A stretch of 64,000 bases of DNA, taken from assembly GCF_009914755.1 (NCBI RefSeq), contig NC_060929.1; one strand, given 5' to 3'. How positions within the stretch are numbered: the first letter of the stretch is position 1; every line of letters begins with the position of its first letter. A program made the position numbers and the translations under genes. The stretch is from the human T2T-CHM13v2.0 reference genome, Homo sapiens. The notes under the pieces are model-generated. The model was not told the origin of the DNA. It made no database searches and saw nothing but the letters and a program-made list of their open reading frames with translations. Shown one piece after another: positions 20,611 through 39,275 of this stretch.

Positions 20611-21239
20611 TTAACATCTCTTCCAACCTTGAGATTCATGAATGGAAAAAGATAGATACTATTGCAGAATAGGAAATAGACCAGCCCTTTAGACAAATGC
20701 CTATGCTGTAAACATAGACGTTAGGTTCTTGAAGAACAAAATATAGGTAAATATTTTACCAGCTCTTGTCTTTAGGTTTCTGTATCAATGAACTGAGTGA
20801 TGTAGTTGTTGTCTTAATGTGTTGATTTGAAATTGTACAACCCTTCAACATTATTCCCAGATGAAATCACAGTTGCGTTACAATAATCTAGATTTTTTTT
20901 TTTTTTTTTTTTTTTTGAGATGGAGTCTCACTCTGTCGCCCAGGCTAGACTGCAGTGGTGCAATCTTGGCTCATTGAAACCTCCACCTCCCGGGTTCAAG
21001 CAATTCTCCTGCCTCAGCCTCCCTTGTAGCTGGGATTACAGGCACCCGCCACCACGCCTAGCTAATTTTTGTATTTTTAGTAGAGACTGGGTTTCGCCAT
21101 GTTGGCCAGGCTGGTCTCGAACGCCTGACCTTATGATCCACCTGCCTCGGCCTCCCAAAGCGCTGGGATTACAGGCATGAGCCACCGTGCCCAGCCAAAT
21201 AATCTAGAATTTATAAAGGAAAACAAAAACAAGTATTTA

Positions 21240-21410
<171 letters not shown>

Positions 21411-22139
21411 TTATCAGATCTCACTGCTGTACTCTGAAAGGTGATAAAAGAGTTCACTGGATGTACTTTTGTGAAAATGAAATCAGTTGTTTAAGAGAAA
21501 AATCAAATATGGTAATGGATTAATATGTTTAAAATATGAAGTACAAAAATCAGAAAAAAATTCAGATCCCAATAGATGAATGGACACAGGGGAACCAAAG
21601 AATAAATAAATGAATGTTACGTTCCTATTTTTTACCTTTTTAATTAACAAAGATATTTTTAAAAGAAGACAAAACACTAATGAGGTACATTGAAATGAAC
21701 ACTCATATTCTTCAAGTAGAGGTATAGATTTGTAGAGCCCAGTCTGCCAGTATGTGTTAAGAGACTTAATCATCCATGCCCATTCACCCAATAATTCTAG
21801 TTTCATTTATTTATACTAAGAAAACAATCCCAAATGCTGAAAAAACTTTGTATACAAGTACATTTGTGACATTGTGATTTAGTTCTGAAAATTGGAGGTT
21901 ACTTACAGTAGAGGAAAAAATAGATCGGTTCCAGCACATGCATTTAAAAGAGTATTGACCCTGGCCAGGCATAGTGGTTCATGCCTGTAATCCCAGAACT
22001 TTATGAGGCTGAGATGGGCAGATGACTTGAGACCAGGAGTTCGAGACCAGCTTGGCCAACATGGCAAAACCCCATCTTTACTAAAAATACAAAAAATTAG
22101 CCAGGTGTGATGGTGCGTGCCTGTAGTCCCAACTACTCA

Positions 22140-22268
<129 letters not shown>

Positions 22269-22458
22269 TTACAAATATTGTGAAAATAGGAAAATACTGT
22301 GCTTGAGAAAAGCAGAAAAAAGAAAAAAGGCATATACACTGTAACAAGAGTTACATATAAAAGTATGTTGAGTGTCCAGAAATAGACAAGCAATGTTAGT
22401 TTTGGTATTTGTGTGGTGAAATGTGGTGTGTGATTTTTTTTTTTTTTTTTTTTTTTGA

Positions 22459-22693
<235 letters not shown>

Positions 22694-23055
22694 TTTAATG
22701 CATGTATTTAGACAGGAAGCAACATAGTTTCATGGTAAAGAACATAGATTCTAGATCCAATTGCCTGTGTTCAGATCTCAGATCCACCTCTTATTAAATG
22801 AGGCTAGAGACACATTGGCCCCTGTATTCCTCAGTTTTTTCATCTGTAGAAAAGGAACAATAATACATATTTCATTGTTGTTACGAAGATTAAAGAAGCA
22901 AAAACAGACAGTTAACTGGTTCCTTGTAAGTACTCCAAAAACTGGGGATAAAGGCACAGTTGTCAAAAGTGTTGGGTATTTGTCATGTTATCACTTGGAT
23001 GTCAAGACTCAATCTTAAAAAAAAATTATTATTATTATTATTTGTTTTTTTTTGA

Positions 23056-23160
<105 letters not shown>

Positions 23161-24199
23161 TGAGCAGCTGGGATTATAGGGCATGTACCACCACGCCCAG
23201 ATAATTTTGTATTTTTAGTAGAGACGGAGTTTCTCCATGTTGGTCAGGCTGGTCTCGAACTCCCAACCTCAGGTGATCCGCCCGCCTCAGCCTCCCAAAG
23301 TGCTGGGATTACAGGTGTGAGCCACTGCTCCTGGCCACAAATTAATTTTTTAAAGCAAACAAAACTCTGAGACATTAATTTAAAATTTTTGGAGTCCCAG
23401 GCAGAAATAAAAACAGGATGCCAGAGAACCACATTTTTTTAAAGTTATTACAACTTTAATGAAATAGTTTTTTAGAGAAGTGTCCCCTTTTCTTTTGGTA
23501 GGCCCCCTTACAATTCAAGAGCTACTTGAGAAAGTGTTTGTGGACCTGTGCCTGGCCTGGTGAGGGTCCCATTGGTTGCACTTCCTTCACCAAATAGCAA
23601 TAGAGATGTAAATCTAGTAATGGGACCAAGATAAGTAGAATTGTGTGAGAGGTGTGTGTTTGGTGGGGTGAGGTGTTGGAGACACAAGATAGCTGAAATT
23701 ATTGCCATACCTCTTTTTGTTCTTCCCCTTGCCTAGCGTTGATTTTTTTTCAGCTATTCCAAATGATAAGGACTGTTACAAGTCTGATTTGTTAGGTTCT
23801 CTCTATCTGGATAGCTATCCTTTAAAATAGTTGCAGTGCCATTTTGTTGAATTTGATTGTATTAACTGTCTCAGATTTAAGGTTTTAATGAGTCCCTTTT
23901 TGTAAATTGAATGTATGGGCAAGTAGTTCTATGAAATGCCTTAATCCTGTATATGATATTATTCCTTTAACATATAGTCTGTCTTCAAGGACAGAAATTT
24001 TGACCCAGTATTCACTCTACTTTGAAGGTCCGTGATGGGGACCTAAATATTTAAAAAACAAAAACAAAAACACTGAAAAAAACTGAAGGGAAGCAGATAA
24101 GTGTGCCATAAAGCCATTTGATTATATGTTTTTAGAAGTGAAAGTAACTGTTGCTGTAACACTAGTGAAAAAGTAATACTGGCCAGGCGCAGTGGCTCA

Positions 24200-25284
<1,085 letters not shown>

Positions 25285-26164
25285 GTATATTAGAAACCAA
25301 AATGAATTCTTCATGAAATCAAGAAGCTAAGTAGTGTACTAAAAATCTTTTCACAAGGTCCAGATAGCCAGTACTCTCCTTTCCTGGAAAGAAAGAAAAG
25401 CCCTTTCTTTAAAACCTGTCCTTTAAAGTTGACTTATTAGAATATTTAGAAGAATAAGTTAAAGGAACATTCAAAAATTTCTAACTTCCCTGTTGTCATT
25501 TCCAGGAAATACATGAAGTCTTTCCTAATTGATGTTAGAATGTTCTATGCTTGAAGAGGGCTTCAGGTGATGACACCTGACAATAGGAAAATGTTTTTGG
25601 AATGCCAGCTGCCAGAATTGTGGGTAACAGGAATGAAGAGTCAGAAAACATCTCTCCTGATTTTTTAAAAAAACTTTTCATATACTCTTAAGGCAAGGAA
25701 ATAGCATTTTTGTTACCAAACTGAATAGGGCATGCCAACTATTTCTTTACTTCTCAGAAGCCCTTGATCTCTATAGGATAGATTTGGTAGGAATATGAGC
25801 GAATCCTTTCCCTGCTGAATTTATGTGTTGGGAGTAAAATGGGCTGAGAGTTATTATCTCTTGGTACAGAACACCTATTAGAGAAAAGAAAGATGGCTGA
25901 GCTCTATTAGCATTAGTATAGAAGGATTTAAATTTATTTTGTCAGAGGCTACTGAACTTAATGTAATCAGTGACTTTATGCCCCCTTTGCATTCAGTAAG
26001 GAATGCATAAGTTAATGATAGATATGGCCGGGTGTGGTAGTTCACGCCTGTAATCCCAGCACTTCGGGAGGCCGAGGCAGGTGGATCACTTGAGCCTAGG
26101 AGATCAAGACTAGCCTGGCCAACATGGCAAAACCCAACCTCTACAAAAAATACAAAGAAAATTA

Positions 26165-26380
<216 letters not shown>

Positions 26381-27094
26381 CTATTGAGATTTGTCTGCTA
26401 CATCCCAGGTTGTCACCGAGGAAATGGCTTAGATGAGATTCTAAATTGTCACTGAAGAGAATTTGAGACATTCATAGAAGTATGTTGTATTCTCTGTAAT
26501 GAGTGTATGACCATCCCCATTTAGGGGCAAGTGTTTGCATTTATGTTCTTGATTTAGACTGAATTGTTTTCAACTGAAAATTAAACAAAACAATTGTCTG
26601 AATGTGGTGCCTGCCACTGGAAAACAGTGATTGTTGGATTTTATGGTTGTCGTTTTTGCTAAGAATATTCAGTAGTGTGGCTGTCTTTTTTTTTTTTCTT
26701 TTTGAGGCAGGGTCTCACTCTGTCACCCAGATTGGAGTGCAGTGGTGTGAACACAGCTCAATACAGCCTTAACCTCTTGGGCGTAAGTGATCCTCCCACC
26801 TCAGCCTCCTGAGTAGCTGGGACCATAGGAGTGTGCCACCACATCCAGCTAATATTTTTATTTTTTGTAGAGACAGAATCTCACTCTGTTGCCTAGGCTG
26901 GTCTCAGACTCTTGGCCTGAAGCGATCCTTCTGCTGTGGCCTCCCAAAGTGCTGTGATTACAGGAGTGAGCCATCGCACTTGGAATTTTGAAAGCCATTT
27001 ATCCTTGAATATGGGCTTCTAAAAAATTGAACTTTATGGGATCTGAAAAATGTTCTTGGTCTAGAATTTAGACAAAGTTCTAATTCTATTCTAA

Positions 27095-27586
<492 letters not shown>

Positions 27587-27636
27587 TGAGCCACTGCAGC
27601 CAGCCTTCATTTTTATTTTTTAATGACCTAACCTAA

Positions 27637-27762
<126 letters not shown>

Positions 27763-28345
27763 TAACACGGTGAAACCCCCGTCTCTACTAAAAATACAAA
27801 AAATTAGCCGGGCGTGGTGGCGGGTGCCTGTAGTCCCAGCTACTCAGGAGGCTGAAGCAGGAGAATGGTGTGAACCTGAGAGGCGGAGCTTGCAGTGAGC
27901 CTAGACCGCGCCGCGCCACTGCACTCCAGTCTGGGCGACAGAGCCAGACTCCGTCTCAAAAAATAAAAAATAAAAAAAACTATTTGCCAGGTGTGGTGGC
28001 TCACGCTTGTAATCCCAGCACTTTGGGAGGCCGAGGCGGGTGAATCACGAGGTCAGGAGTTCCAGACCAGCCTGACCAACATGGCGAAACCCCATCTCTA
28101 CTAAAAATACAAAAATTAGGCCAGGCATGGTGGTTCAAGCCTGTAATCCCAGGACTTTGGGAGGCCGAGGTGGGTGGATCACCTGAGGTCAGGAGTTCGA
28201 GACCAGCCTGGCCAACATGGTGAAACCCCAATTCTGCTAAAAAAAAAAGAAATAATAATAATAATAATAATCCTTGTTGGTTACTGTTAATATAAAGTTA
28301 AGTAAAACTTACAAAGCTGCTAGGCATTACAGTATAAATTCTTAG

Positions 28346-28525
<180 letters not shown>

Positions 28526-28728
28526 TAAGTATGGCCTCAAGATGGAAAGTTATCTGTGGTGGGATGGAGATGTTTGTCACAAATCTTTCTTGTTTAAGGG
28601 CTGAATATCGGCCAGATATTTAAAGTGAAGTCCTAATATACTCTCCTGGGGCTAGAAAAGAGAAATATATGCATTGAGTATTATTATAAGTAGTTGATGC
28701 CAGTCTTATCCCTGATTGTTTCACGTGA

Positions 28729-28980
<252 letters not shown>

Positions 28981-30612
28981 TGACCTCAAATGATCTGCCT
29001 GCCTAGGCCTCCCAAAGTGCTGGGATTACAGGTGTGAGCCACCACACCCATACAAAAACTTTCCTATGGTATATTTTTCAACAGCTTAATGCCTTATGCT
29101 TGGCTTTTGATATATAAAGCACTTTTCATCAAGTGCCCATTTGCCTGCCATAGGTATTTGTCAATTAATGGGAAAAGAGAATTGATTTCCTACCATTTGA
29201 CATAATCTAAAGGAAGAAAGCAAATAAATGCCATTAGACGTGAAAGCCCCAAATTTCTTTTAAAAACAAAACTTGATGTAGAATTTGGGTATTTTAGAAT
29301 TGTACTATGAATTATTGAACAGTGGTCAAGATATCAAAAGAGATAGTAGCTAAAAGTGTTCTAGTAGCATTTTTTCTTTTCTTTTTTTCTTTTGAGATGG
29401 AGTCTTGCTGTGTTGCCTGGGTTGGTCTCAAACTCCCTACCTCAGCCTCTGGAGTAGCTAGGATTATAAGCATGCCCACCATGCCCAGCACTAATAACAT
29501 CTGTTTTATGTAGTATTCAGTGAAGTTATAAGAGGAACTAGATAGGAGAGGGTGGATAGTTCTTTTAGGGCCGGGCGCAGTGGCTCACGCCTGTAACCCC
29601 AGCACTTTGGGAGGCTGAGGTGGGCAGATCACAAGGTCAGGAGTTTGAGACCAGCCTGGCCAACGGGGTGAAACCCCGTCTCTACTAAAAATACAAAAAT
29701 TAGCCGGGCATGGTGGCGGGCACCTGTAATCGCAGCTACTCGAGAGGCTGAGATAATTGCTTAAACTCAGGACGTTTAGGTTGCGGTGAGCTGAAATTGC
29801 ACCACTGCACTTCAGCCTGGGCGACAGAGCAAGACTCACGTCTCCAACTTGAGTTCTAGTGGATTAGAGAGGCATAGATACGTTTTTGTTTTTAGTGGAG
29901 GTAACACTGGGAATGGGATATTCTAACAGTAGTTGGTTCTTGCTTTTTCCTATTTGTGAATTTATTGTCAAATTTTTTTGATTAGAGAACTGTTTTGTCC
30001 GATATTTAGAATTGTGGGTCTGAATGCTTACCAGAAGTCATTTCCCAAGTCATCATGGAGTAATGTTGAACACTGTTGAACAGAACTTTCCCAAACTGCA
30101 CTGCCCCCACCCTCTAACCCCCCACTTTTTTTTTTGCAGAGACAGGGTCTTGTTCTTCAGCCCAGACTGGAGTACAGTGGCACAATCGTGGCTCACTGCA
30201 GTGTCAAACTCATGGGCTCAAGTGATCCTCCCACCCCAGCCTCCCCAGTAGCTGGGACTGCTAGTACATGCCACTACACCTTTCCAGCCTCCCCAGTAGC
30301 TGGGACTGCTAGTACATGCCACTACACCTGGCTAATTTGTTTTTTTTTTTTTTTTTTTGTAGAGACAGGATCTCACTATGTTGCACAGGCTGGTCTCTAA
30401 TTCCTGGCCTCAAGCAGGCCTTCTGCCTCAGCCCCCCAAAGTGCTGCTGTTACAGGCATGAGTTACCGTGCAAGGCCAGCATACCCACCCCCACCCCCCC
30501 CCCCTTTTTTTTTTTTTTTTTTTTTGAGGCAGGGTCTTGCTCTGTTGCCCGGACTGGAATGCAGTGGCACAATCACAGCTCACTGTAACCTCAACCTCCC
30601 AGGCTCAAGTAG

Positions 30613-30792
<180 letters not shown>

Positions 30793-31039
30793 TGAGTAGC
30801 TGGGATTACAGGCGCACATCACCATGCCTGGCTAATTTTTGTGTTTTCAGTAGAGACGGGATTTTGCCATGTTGGCCAGGCTGGTCTGGAACTCCTGACC
30901 TCAAGTGATCCAGCTGCTCCAGCCTCCCAAAGTGCTGGGATTACAGGCGTGAGCCACCACACCCGGCCTAGCACCCGTTTTTTAATAGGAGAATTATAGA
31001 ATCATTTGCTCTGCTTACTTTATTCAAATGTTCTTCTGA

Positions 31040-31315
<276 letters not shown>

Positions 31316-31819
31316 TAGAGACAGGGTTTTATCATGTTGCCCAGGCTGGTGTGAAACGCCTGGGCTCAAGTGATCCACCCGACTCAGCCTCCCAAAGTGC
31401 TGGGATTACAGGTGTGAGCCAACATGCCCAGCCTTCTGTCGGTTTAATCATTATTAGTATATGAGTTCAAGAACTATGTAATGTAGAATCATATAATTTC
31501 AAGTACTTTAAATGAATGAATTGAGTGGACATCTTTTGTAGAAATAGGCCAATCAAGTATGGAATAAGGTATATGCCAACAAATACTAAAATTTAATCAG
31601 AACCCTCTATAAGTAGCAATTAAAGGAGACTTTCACATTTTACAGCTCCTTCCCATTATCATTGAATTAATCCTTATCAGAAATTTGGGATAGAAAGGGG
31701 CCTTTCCTTGAATGTCCTATAAGCTACTCTCTTCAAGTTACTTGATGGGATAATGAATGGAATCTGTTGCTTACTGACTCCACACCTATGTTAAGCCAAG
31801 CTTCTCTTTGTGTGTACAG

Positions 31820-31865
31820 GTACAACAGAATAGCTCGGGAATGGACTCAGAAGTATGCGATGTAA
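31820..31865 (+). CDS. UBE2D2: UBE2D2 last coding exon, (K)YNRIAREWTQKYAM*
   Basis: GTACAG acceptor; TAA at 31863-31865. Exons in the window sum to 420 nt, leaving 24 nt (8 codons) upstream for a 147-aa protein. Confidence 0.97.
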
Positions 31866-33500
31866 TTAAAGAAATTATTGGATAACCTCTACAAATAAAG
31901 ATAGGGGAACTCTGAAAGAGAAAGTCCTTTTGATTTCCATTTGACTGCTTTCTATGAGCCCACGCCTCATCTTCCCCTGTGCACATGTTTACCTGATACA
32001 GCAGTGCTGCGTGTTGTACATACTTGGAACAACAAACTAGAAATACTGTACTTCTGTACCAACATTGCCTCCTAGCAGAGAAGTGTGTGTGTGACAAGCC
32101 AGTTCTACAGGCATTACCTAGGTGTGAGACTAAAAGCTTTTCTTATTGACTTAAATTTGGATAACAGCAAGGTGTGAGGGGGGTGGTGGGTATGGTGTGT
32201 GCTTGGATGGGAAAGAAAAGGCTCCACTCACCTATAGGAGATTATTTTTAAGTGGAATCCATTTAAACTCAAAACAGTTATGAAAAGCAAGGTGAAGAAC
32301 ATGAAGCTGTGTCTGTATTCATTTTATTCCGAAGGAGCTACGTCTTAGGTGAAAGTTATGACCAACCAGATTAAACTCTACCCACATCCTGCATTTTAAG
32401 GTCTAAGTTTAACTGGTCAACATTTAAATGGATTGGAGCTATTAGTACATCAAGTGTGATGGGCTTTGTTCCCAACTCTTTTACATCTCCCTACCCCTTC
32501 AACCTTTGGCCTTTCAGCCCTTCTTTCTCTCTTCCATATTCTTTGGTTTGTATGTGGTTTCTCAGTTAATACATAGCTAATAGCTCTTATTTTTCTTATG
32601 TTTTTAACCGCTTAGGTCTATTTGGATGTAAGGGTGAAAATTCATTTGATGGAAATACTTGTGTATATTTAAAGACCCAATTGCTCCTCTGGAGCTTGTA
32701 CTTTCAAGAATGATTAATCTGTGTAATAAACTGGTTACTACAGTCATTACATATAATTTTGTGTGAATAGGCTTTTTCATTTTTAAGAAGTTTGTCTAGC
32801 TGAGATTAGTGGTGGATTTTCTCCCACTTCTGAAATGTTCATTTATACTGGTTGCATTTTAAGATCATGAAACAATTCCAGTTACATTGTAAAAAGGATA
32901 TCTTACGAGTAATTTTATTGAACAAGTTAGAGGCATAAGCTTAAGAGCATTTCCATGAAACAACACATGCAGCATTCCAGGAACTTGATTGTTAAATTCA
33001 ATAAGAAATTTGCTTTATTAATGAAACTAAGCTGCATTTCATCAAAACCTTGTGACATTCCCTTGGTACATAGGACATAAAACACAGAGGCATTGCTATT
33101 TGGTAAGTTAAGCTTCTGTGATTGTAATTATAAAAGAGCAACATTGACCAAACCTGGGAAACAAGAGCACAGTCTTGTTTGGAGAGTCTACATAATTACT
33201 TTGCACTAACATTTGCAGGATGTTCACACAATTTTAAATTGTACTGTATGTGGCTTTTTGAAGTCTTCCCTTGACCCTAGTAAAATATAGCTTGAAACTT
33301 GTAAACAACTGTGTTTGCCAGAAACATCATTCATGTGAACTAGGCAAGTTACCTTTTTTCCCCCCTTCTTTTCCTAATTGTAAACTAGGCCAACCTGAAA
33401 GCCATGGCTGATGCTCTAGCCATCAGGTTCTTTCAAATGCATCTTTACACTCTTGCACAAAAGTTAAGGAATAAATGTCCACTGCTTTTGGTTTTAAACT
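31866..33500 (+). other. UBE2D2: UBE2D2 3' UTR (repeat-free, ~1.6 kb; 3' end approximate)
   Basis: Alu-free stretch after the stop codon with AATAAA at 31894, 32725 and 33470; the last is followed by U/GU-rich sequence. Confidence 0.8.
33470..33475 (+). terminator. Probable distal polyadenylation signal of UBE2D2
   Basis: AATAAA at the end of the repeat-free UTR, followed by T-rich/TGT downstream elements. Confidence 0.7.
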
Positions 33501-35065
33501 TGTTCACCTTGTCTTATCTCTCACTGTCACTGCTCCTCCACCTTGGAACTTGTGTGATAAAACCCAAAACCTCTTACAGTTCTCTTATAAGCATTTCAAG
33601 CATCTCTTATTAGCATCCTTGACTTTGCAGAAAAGGCTTAACTGTTAACAGTTGTGGGGAAAGGAGTTAGAATTTAGCTTAAGCCTAAAATCACCCTGTA
33701 TTCTCAGTATTATGGGCAAGTGGGACTTCATCTTTTTTTTTTTTTTTTTTTTTTTTTAAGAGAGGGACAGGGTCTCATTCTCTTGCCTAAGCTGGAGTGC
33801 AGTCGGAGTCATGACAGCACAGCTCACTGCAGCCTCAACCTTCTAGGCTCGAACAATCCCCCTACCTCAACCTCCCAAGTTGCTGGGACTTATGGTACAT
33901 GCCACCACACCTGGCTAATTTTTAAATTTTTTTTAGAGACAGGAGTCTCACTATGTTGCCCAAGCTGGTCCTGAACTCCTAGGCTCAAGTGATCCTCTTG
34001 TCTCAGCCTCCCAAAGTGCTGGGACTAGAGACAGCCACCATACCCAGCCTTCCATCAATTATTGGCTTGCTATTAACTACATACTGTTGACCGTGGGTCA
34101 GTTGCACAGATCCTGAAAGCTCATTCTGTATTTGCCTGTCATCTTAGAGAGCAGCCAGCTTATTACCATTTATTAGATCATAATATGGATATTTTCACAA
34201 GAGTGTTCTTAAGTATTTTTAAGTGCCAAATGAAAGCCATCCTCCAGGTGTGCAGGTGCCAATTGAAGGGGTTTGGATGGTCACAAACAACATTAGGCCC
34301 TTGAATGGGGTTTGGTCTTGCCCATTTGAGTATGAAGCTTCTTTGGTCCAGTCTGTGTATATGTGCCTGGCCAGAAAGAAAGCCCAGTGAGAGAAGCCAC
34401 CTTTCCCACTCACCAAAAACAACAACAACAACAAAAAATCCCTCAGGGTTGTTTTCATCTGGACCACATTGCTCTTCACAGAAGTTTCTATGACTTTGTC
34501 GTATGTAAAATCCAGTCTGTAGCAACCTTGATTATCTTGGAAAAGTTACAGGAGAACGTCAAGTGTATGGTTTCCTTTTGTTTGCTTCTTAATAGCCCAA
34601 AGTACTTTGTCAAGTTAAAGCTGGGGCAGTGTCTTTTGGTAAAATGAAGTCACTTCAGATACTTATATGCTTTGCTATTGGCGAATCAGTAGTCAAAGGT
34701 ATCATTGTCCTGCGAGTTTATGCACTTTGAGTAGTACAGAGACTTGGAAGGAGGGCGGTAGGGGTGGGGAGAGAGAAGTTAGGAAGGTCTGTGAAGAGAA
34801 GGAAAAGGTAGTTGTCAGAGAGAGACCCTTTCTCTACACTAACCTAGCAATAGAGGCCTTCTTTTTCCACTTCCAACTGCTAAAATACTCTGCTTTCTGA
34901 ATCATTCCTCTTTGTTTCAACAAGTTATTTTGAGACCTGGGTAGCTTGTCAGGAGAAATGGATTATTTCTAAATTATGGCTGGAATGCCTATAAACTGTC
35001 CCTTGTCTGTAATTAAGGTGAAACTCTGGCTTTGTCTCTGTGTGCTGTATGGCACCCCTTAACTA

Positions 35066-35419
<354 letters not shown>

Positions 35420-35578
35420 TCAGGATTATAAACACATCTTTCCTTCCTTCCAAATCAGGAGTAAGCATTTTTATTACTCCTACAGAAAACTGTAACTAGT
35501 GTTAGGAATCCATCTCCTTTTGATTTCCTCATTTTCCCTTTATGAAACACTATTTCAAGTGATGGGTTATTTTGGTGA

Positions 35579-35731
<153 letters not shown>

Positions 35732-35793
35732 TGAGTAGCTGAGATTATAGGCACATGCCACCCACGCCTGGCTAATTTTTGTATTTTTAGTAG

Positions 35794-36220
<427 letters not shown>

Positions 36221-37851
36221 GAGAGAGGGTCTCACTTTTTTGCCCAGGCTAGAATGCAGTGGTGCAAACATGGCTCACTGCAGCCTCACACTCCTGAGCT
36301 CAAGCAGTCCACCCACCTCGGCCTCCCAAAGTGCTGGGATTACAGGCATGAGCCACCTCGCCCAGCCTATTTTCTTTTATATTGTGCATGCACTTAGATG
36401 AAAACTGGCTTTCTCCATCCCACAAAAACCTTCTTTAAGTGTTTCCCTGGCACTATAACCTTTTTTAATCAGGACTGGTATAAGTGGTTGATATTCAGGC
36501 CCCTCAGTATATTTCCAGACCAATTTCTCAGATGGGCTTAGAAATAGGGAAATGAGACGGGATCACATTGTCAGGGTTACTATTCATGAAGCAATTCCTT
36601 CATTGCTGGCATATTTTACCTTAGTCAATGTAAGGAGAAAAGCTCAATGGTTAGGACTAAGTAAGCCTTTAAGGCCTTTGTCCTCTGGCTGAATGTATAA
36701 TACAATCACCAACCAGCTTTGCTCTTTCTATGTCTACTCCTGGTCTGGGTAAGGCAAAGGCAGACATTTTTGTGATGAGCAGTCACTTTTCATTAAATTA
36801 AACTATTTGTGGATCTTTATCTGATCAGAGACACAGCGTAATCTGCCTCTTAGCAGATGTAAAACTATATGAATACCTTAGTGCCAAGACAGCAGCTTAA
36901 TAGTTTTCCTTGATTGAGTGGTGGTTTGTGTGTTTGTTCTTAACGTCCTGTGTAAGTTGTTATTGGTAGAATGGTTTTTTCCAGAGCTGAGGAGCCTGAT
37001 TGCCCAACATTGTACTCTGAAAGCAAATGGTTGATCCCATTTGGAAAAGCCAAGAAGAGGCCATTGAGTGTCCAGCCCAGGCCTCCTGTGACTGCTGTAC
37101 AGGAAAGAGCAGCAGCAGCCTTGGTGAATGTACCATGTTCCTTTCCCAACTTCTAAGGATGCGAGGAGTGACAACTGCCATTTTCCCAGGCACACCTCTC
37201 CCTGCCCTGAGCCACTTGTTCTCAATTCTGTTTAAACTTCCTTTTTGGTACTTAAAAATCTTAAATCTTAAAAAGATGTCACCCTTCCCTAAACTTTAGA
37301 GCCTCTGGAAAATGTGAGTGGGGAGGGTTTGGTTTTTTGAGTTAAAACCTAGTCTTCAAATTGCCAGCTTTCCTTGGGTTTAAAGTTCTCCATAGAAAAT
37401 GAGATTGCTTTAGAAGCTCCAAAGCTCCTGGGCCCTCTGACTTGGAGGTTTCTAGAAACAACCCACAAATACAATCTGACATTTGGGACGCAGAGCCAGC
37501 ACCATCTTGGGTAAGAGAAGTGTTCCATGTTTGAGGTAGTTGGCAAATGCTAAGCTACCTATGTGGTGACAGTTGTCTGGAGCTTTTCCCATCTGATTAA
37601 GGGGCAATACTGATTTGGTCGTTGTGGGCAGTTTCTCCTCCTAGCCAGCATCACTGCCATCTTGGAAGGTGTGGCTACCTGTCATGTGTTGCACAGAGAG
37701 TCGAGGGGAGCTGGCCTCGTTTGAGAGGGCACCTGAGACTTTCAGTCACCTGCTGCAGAGTGACAGAAGGAACAAGGGAAACCAAGGCTTTCCCAAACTT
37801 GCCAGAGAAGGTGAGCTTTTTGGAAGGATGGTTCCAAGTGACCTCAGCTTA

Positions 37852-38385
<534 letters not shown>

Positions 38386-39275
38386 TCAGCCCCCTGGCTC
38401 AGAGGACGGCTGAATGGAGTTGCATTTCAGTGCCCACAGATGGAGGTGATGACTGAAGTGTGTTTGCTTATGTGGGGAGTGAGATGATGGCTTTGGTGTC
38501 TGAGTGGATGCTAGTGCCTTGAGTGGCCAGCAGAGGGCAGTGGTGACCCATAGCTGTGACAACCGTGAGGCGTGTGGTCAGTGAATCTGCATGGGCACAA
38601 CCTGAGAGGGGCTTTTGTTGGAGTGGGGAGATTCTTTCGGACTTAAGCTTTGTGCGTGGTATATCCAGAATCAGATGGGCCAGTGCCAAGTTCAGTCAGG
38701 TTCTCAGCCTTACAGTGAAGGAAAAGGTTAGTGACTTGTATTTCAGCCCAAAGCCTACTGGAAGTGTCAAGCTGCCAGCTCCCCTCTGCCCTCCCCGTTG
38801 CTATGGCAGCCATGTCTCTGTGTGTGAATAGGTGAACCAGGCTCCAGGTTAGGACCTCTGCCCACCTAGCTCCAGGTTACATGCAGGAAAAGATCTGTCT
38901 ATTGCTGCATGTGAACAAGGAGATCCCATATTTCTAGCAGGTCACAGAGGCAGCAGTCCATTATCACTTGCCTGCCCACCTACCCTGGGCAACCAGCACA
39001 TGGCTCCTTAGACCTTGAAGATGGAGGCCTGGGGACAGAAGGAGCAGAGTTGGGGGCTAGTGATAGGGCCTGGGAAATGTTCTTGTCTGTTTCAAGTTTA
39101 TCTTGTATTTTGGGGCCCTGGTCTCCTCAGTCTTCCAGCCCAACAGGTGTGAGCGTCCAGGGCCACCACCCGGAAGCCAGCTGCCTCTTCATGGGGAAAT
39201 CTTTGAAATTCAAGGCTTGGCCATCTGGATATGCAAATGTTCCAGATTTGCTGAGCCCACCAAGTGGCTGAGCCC

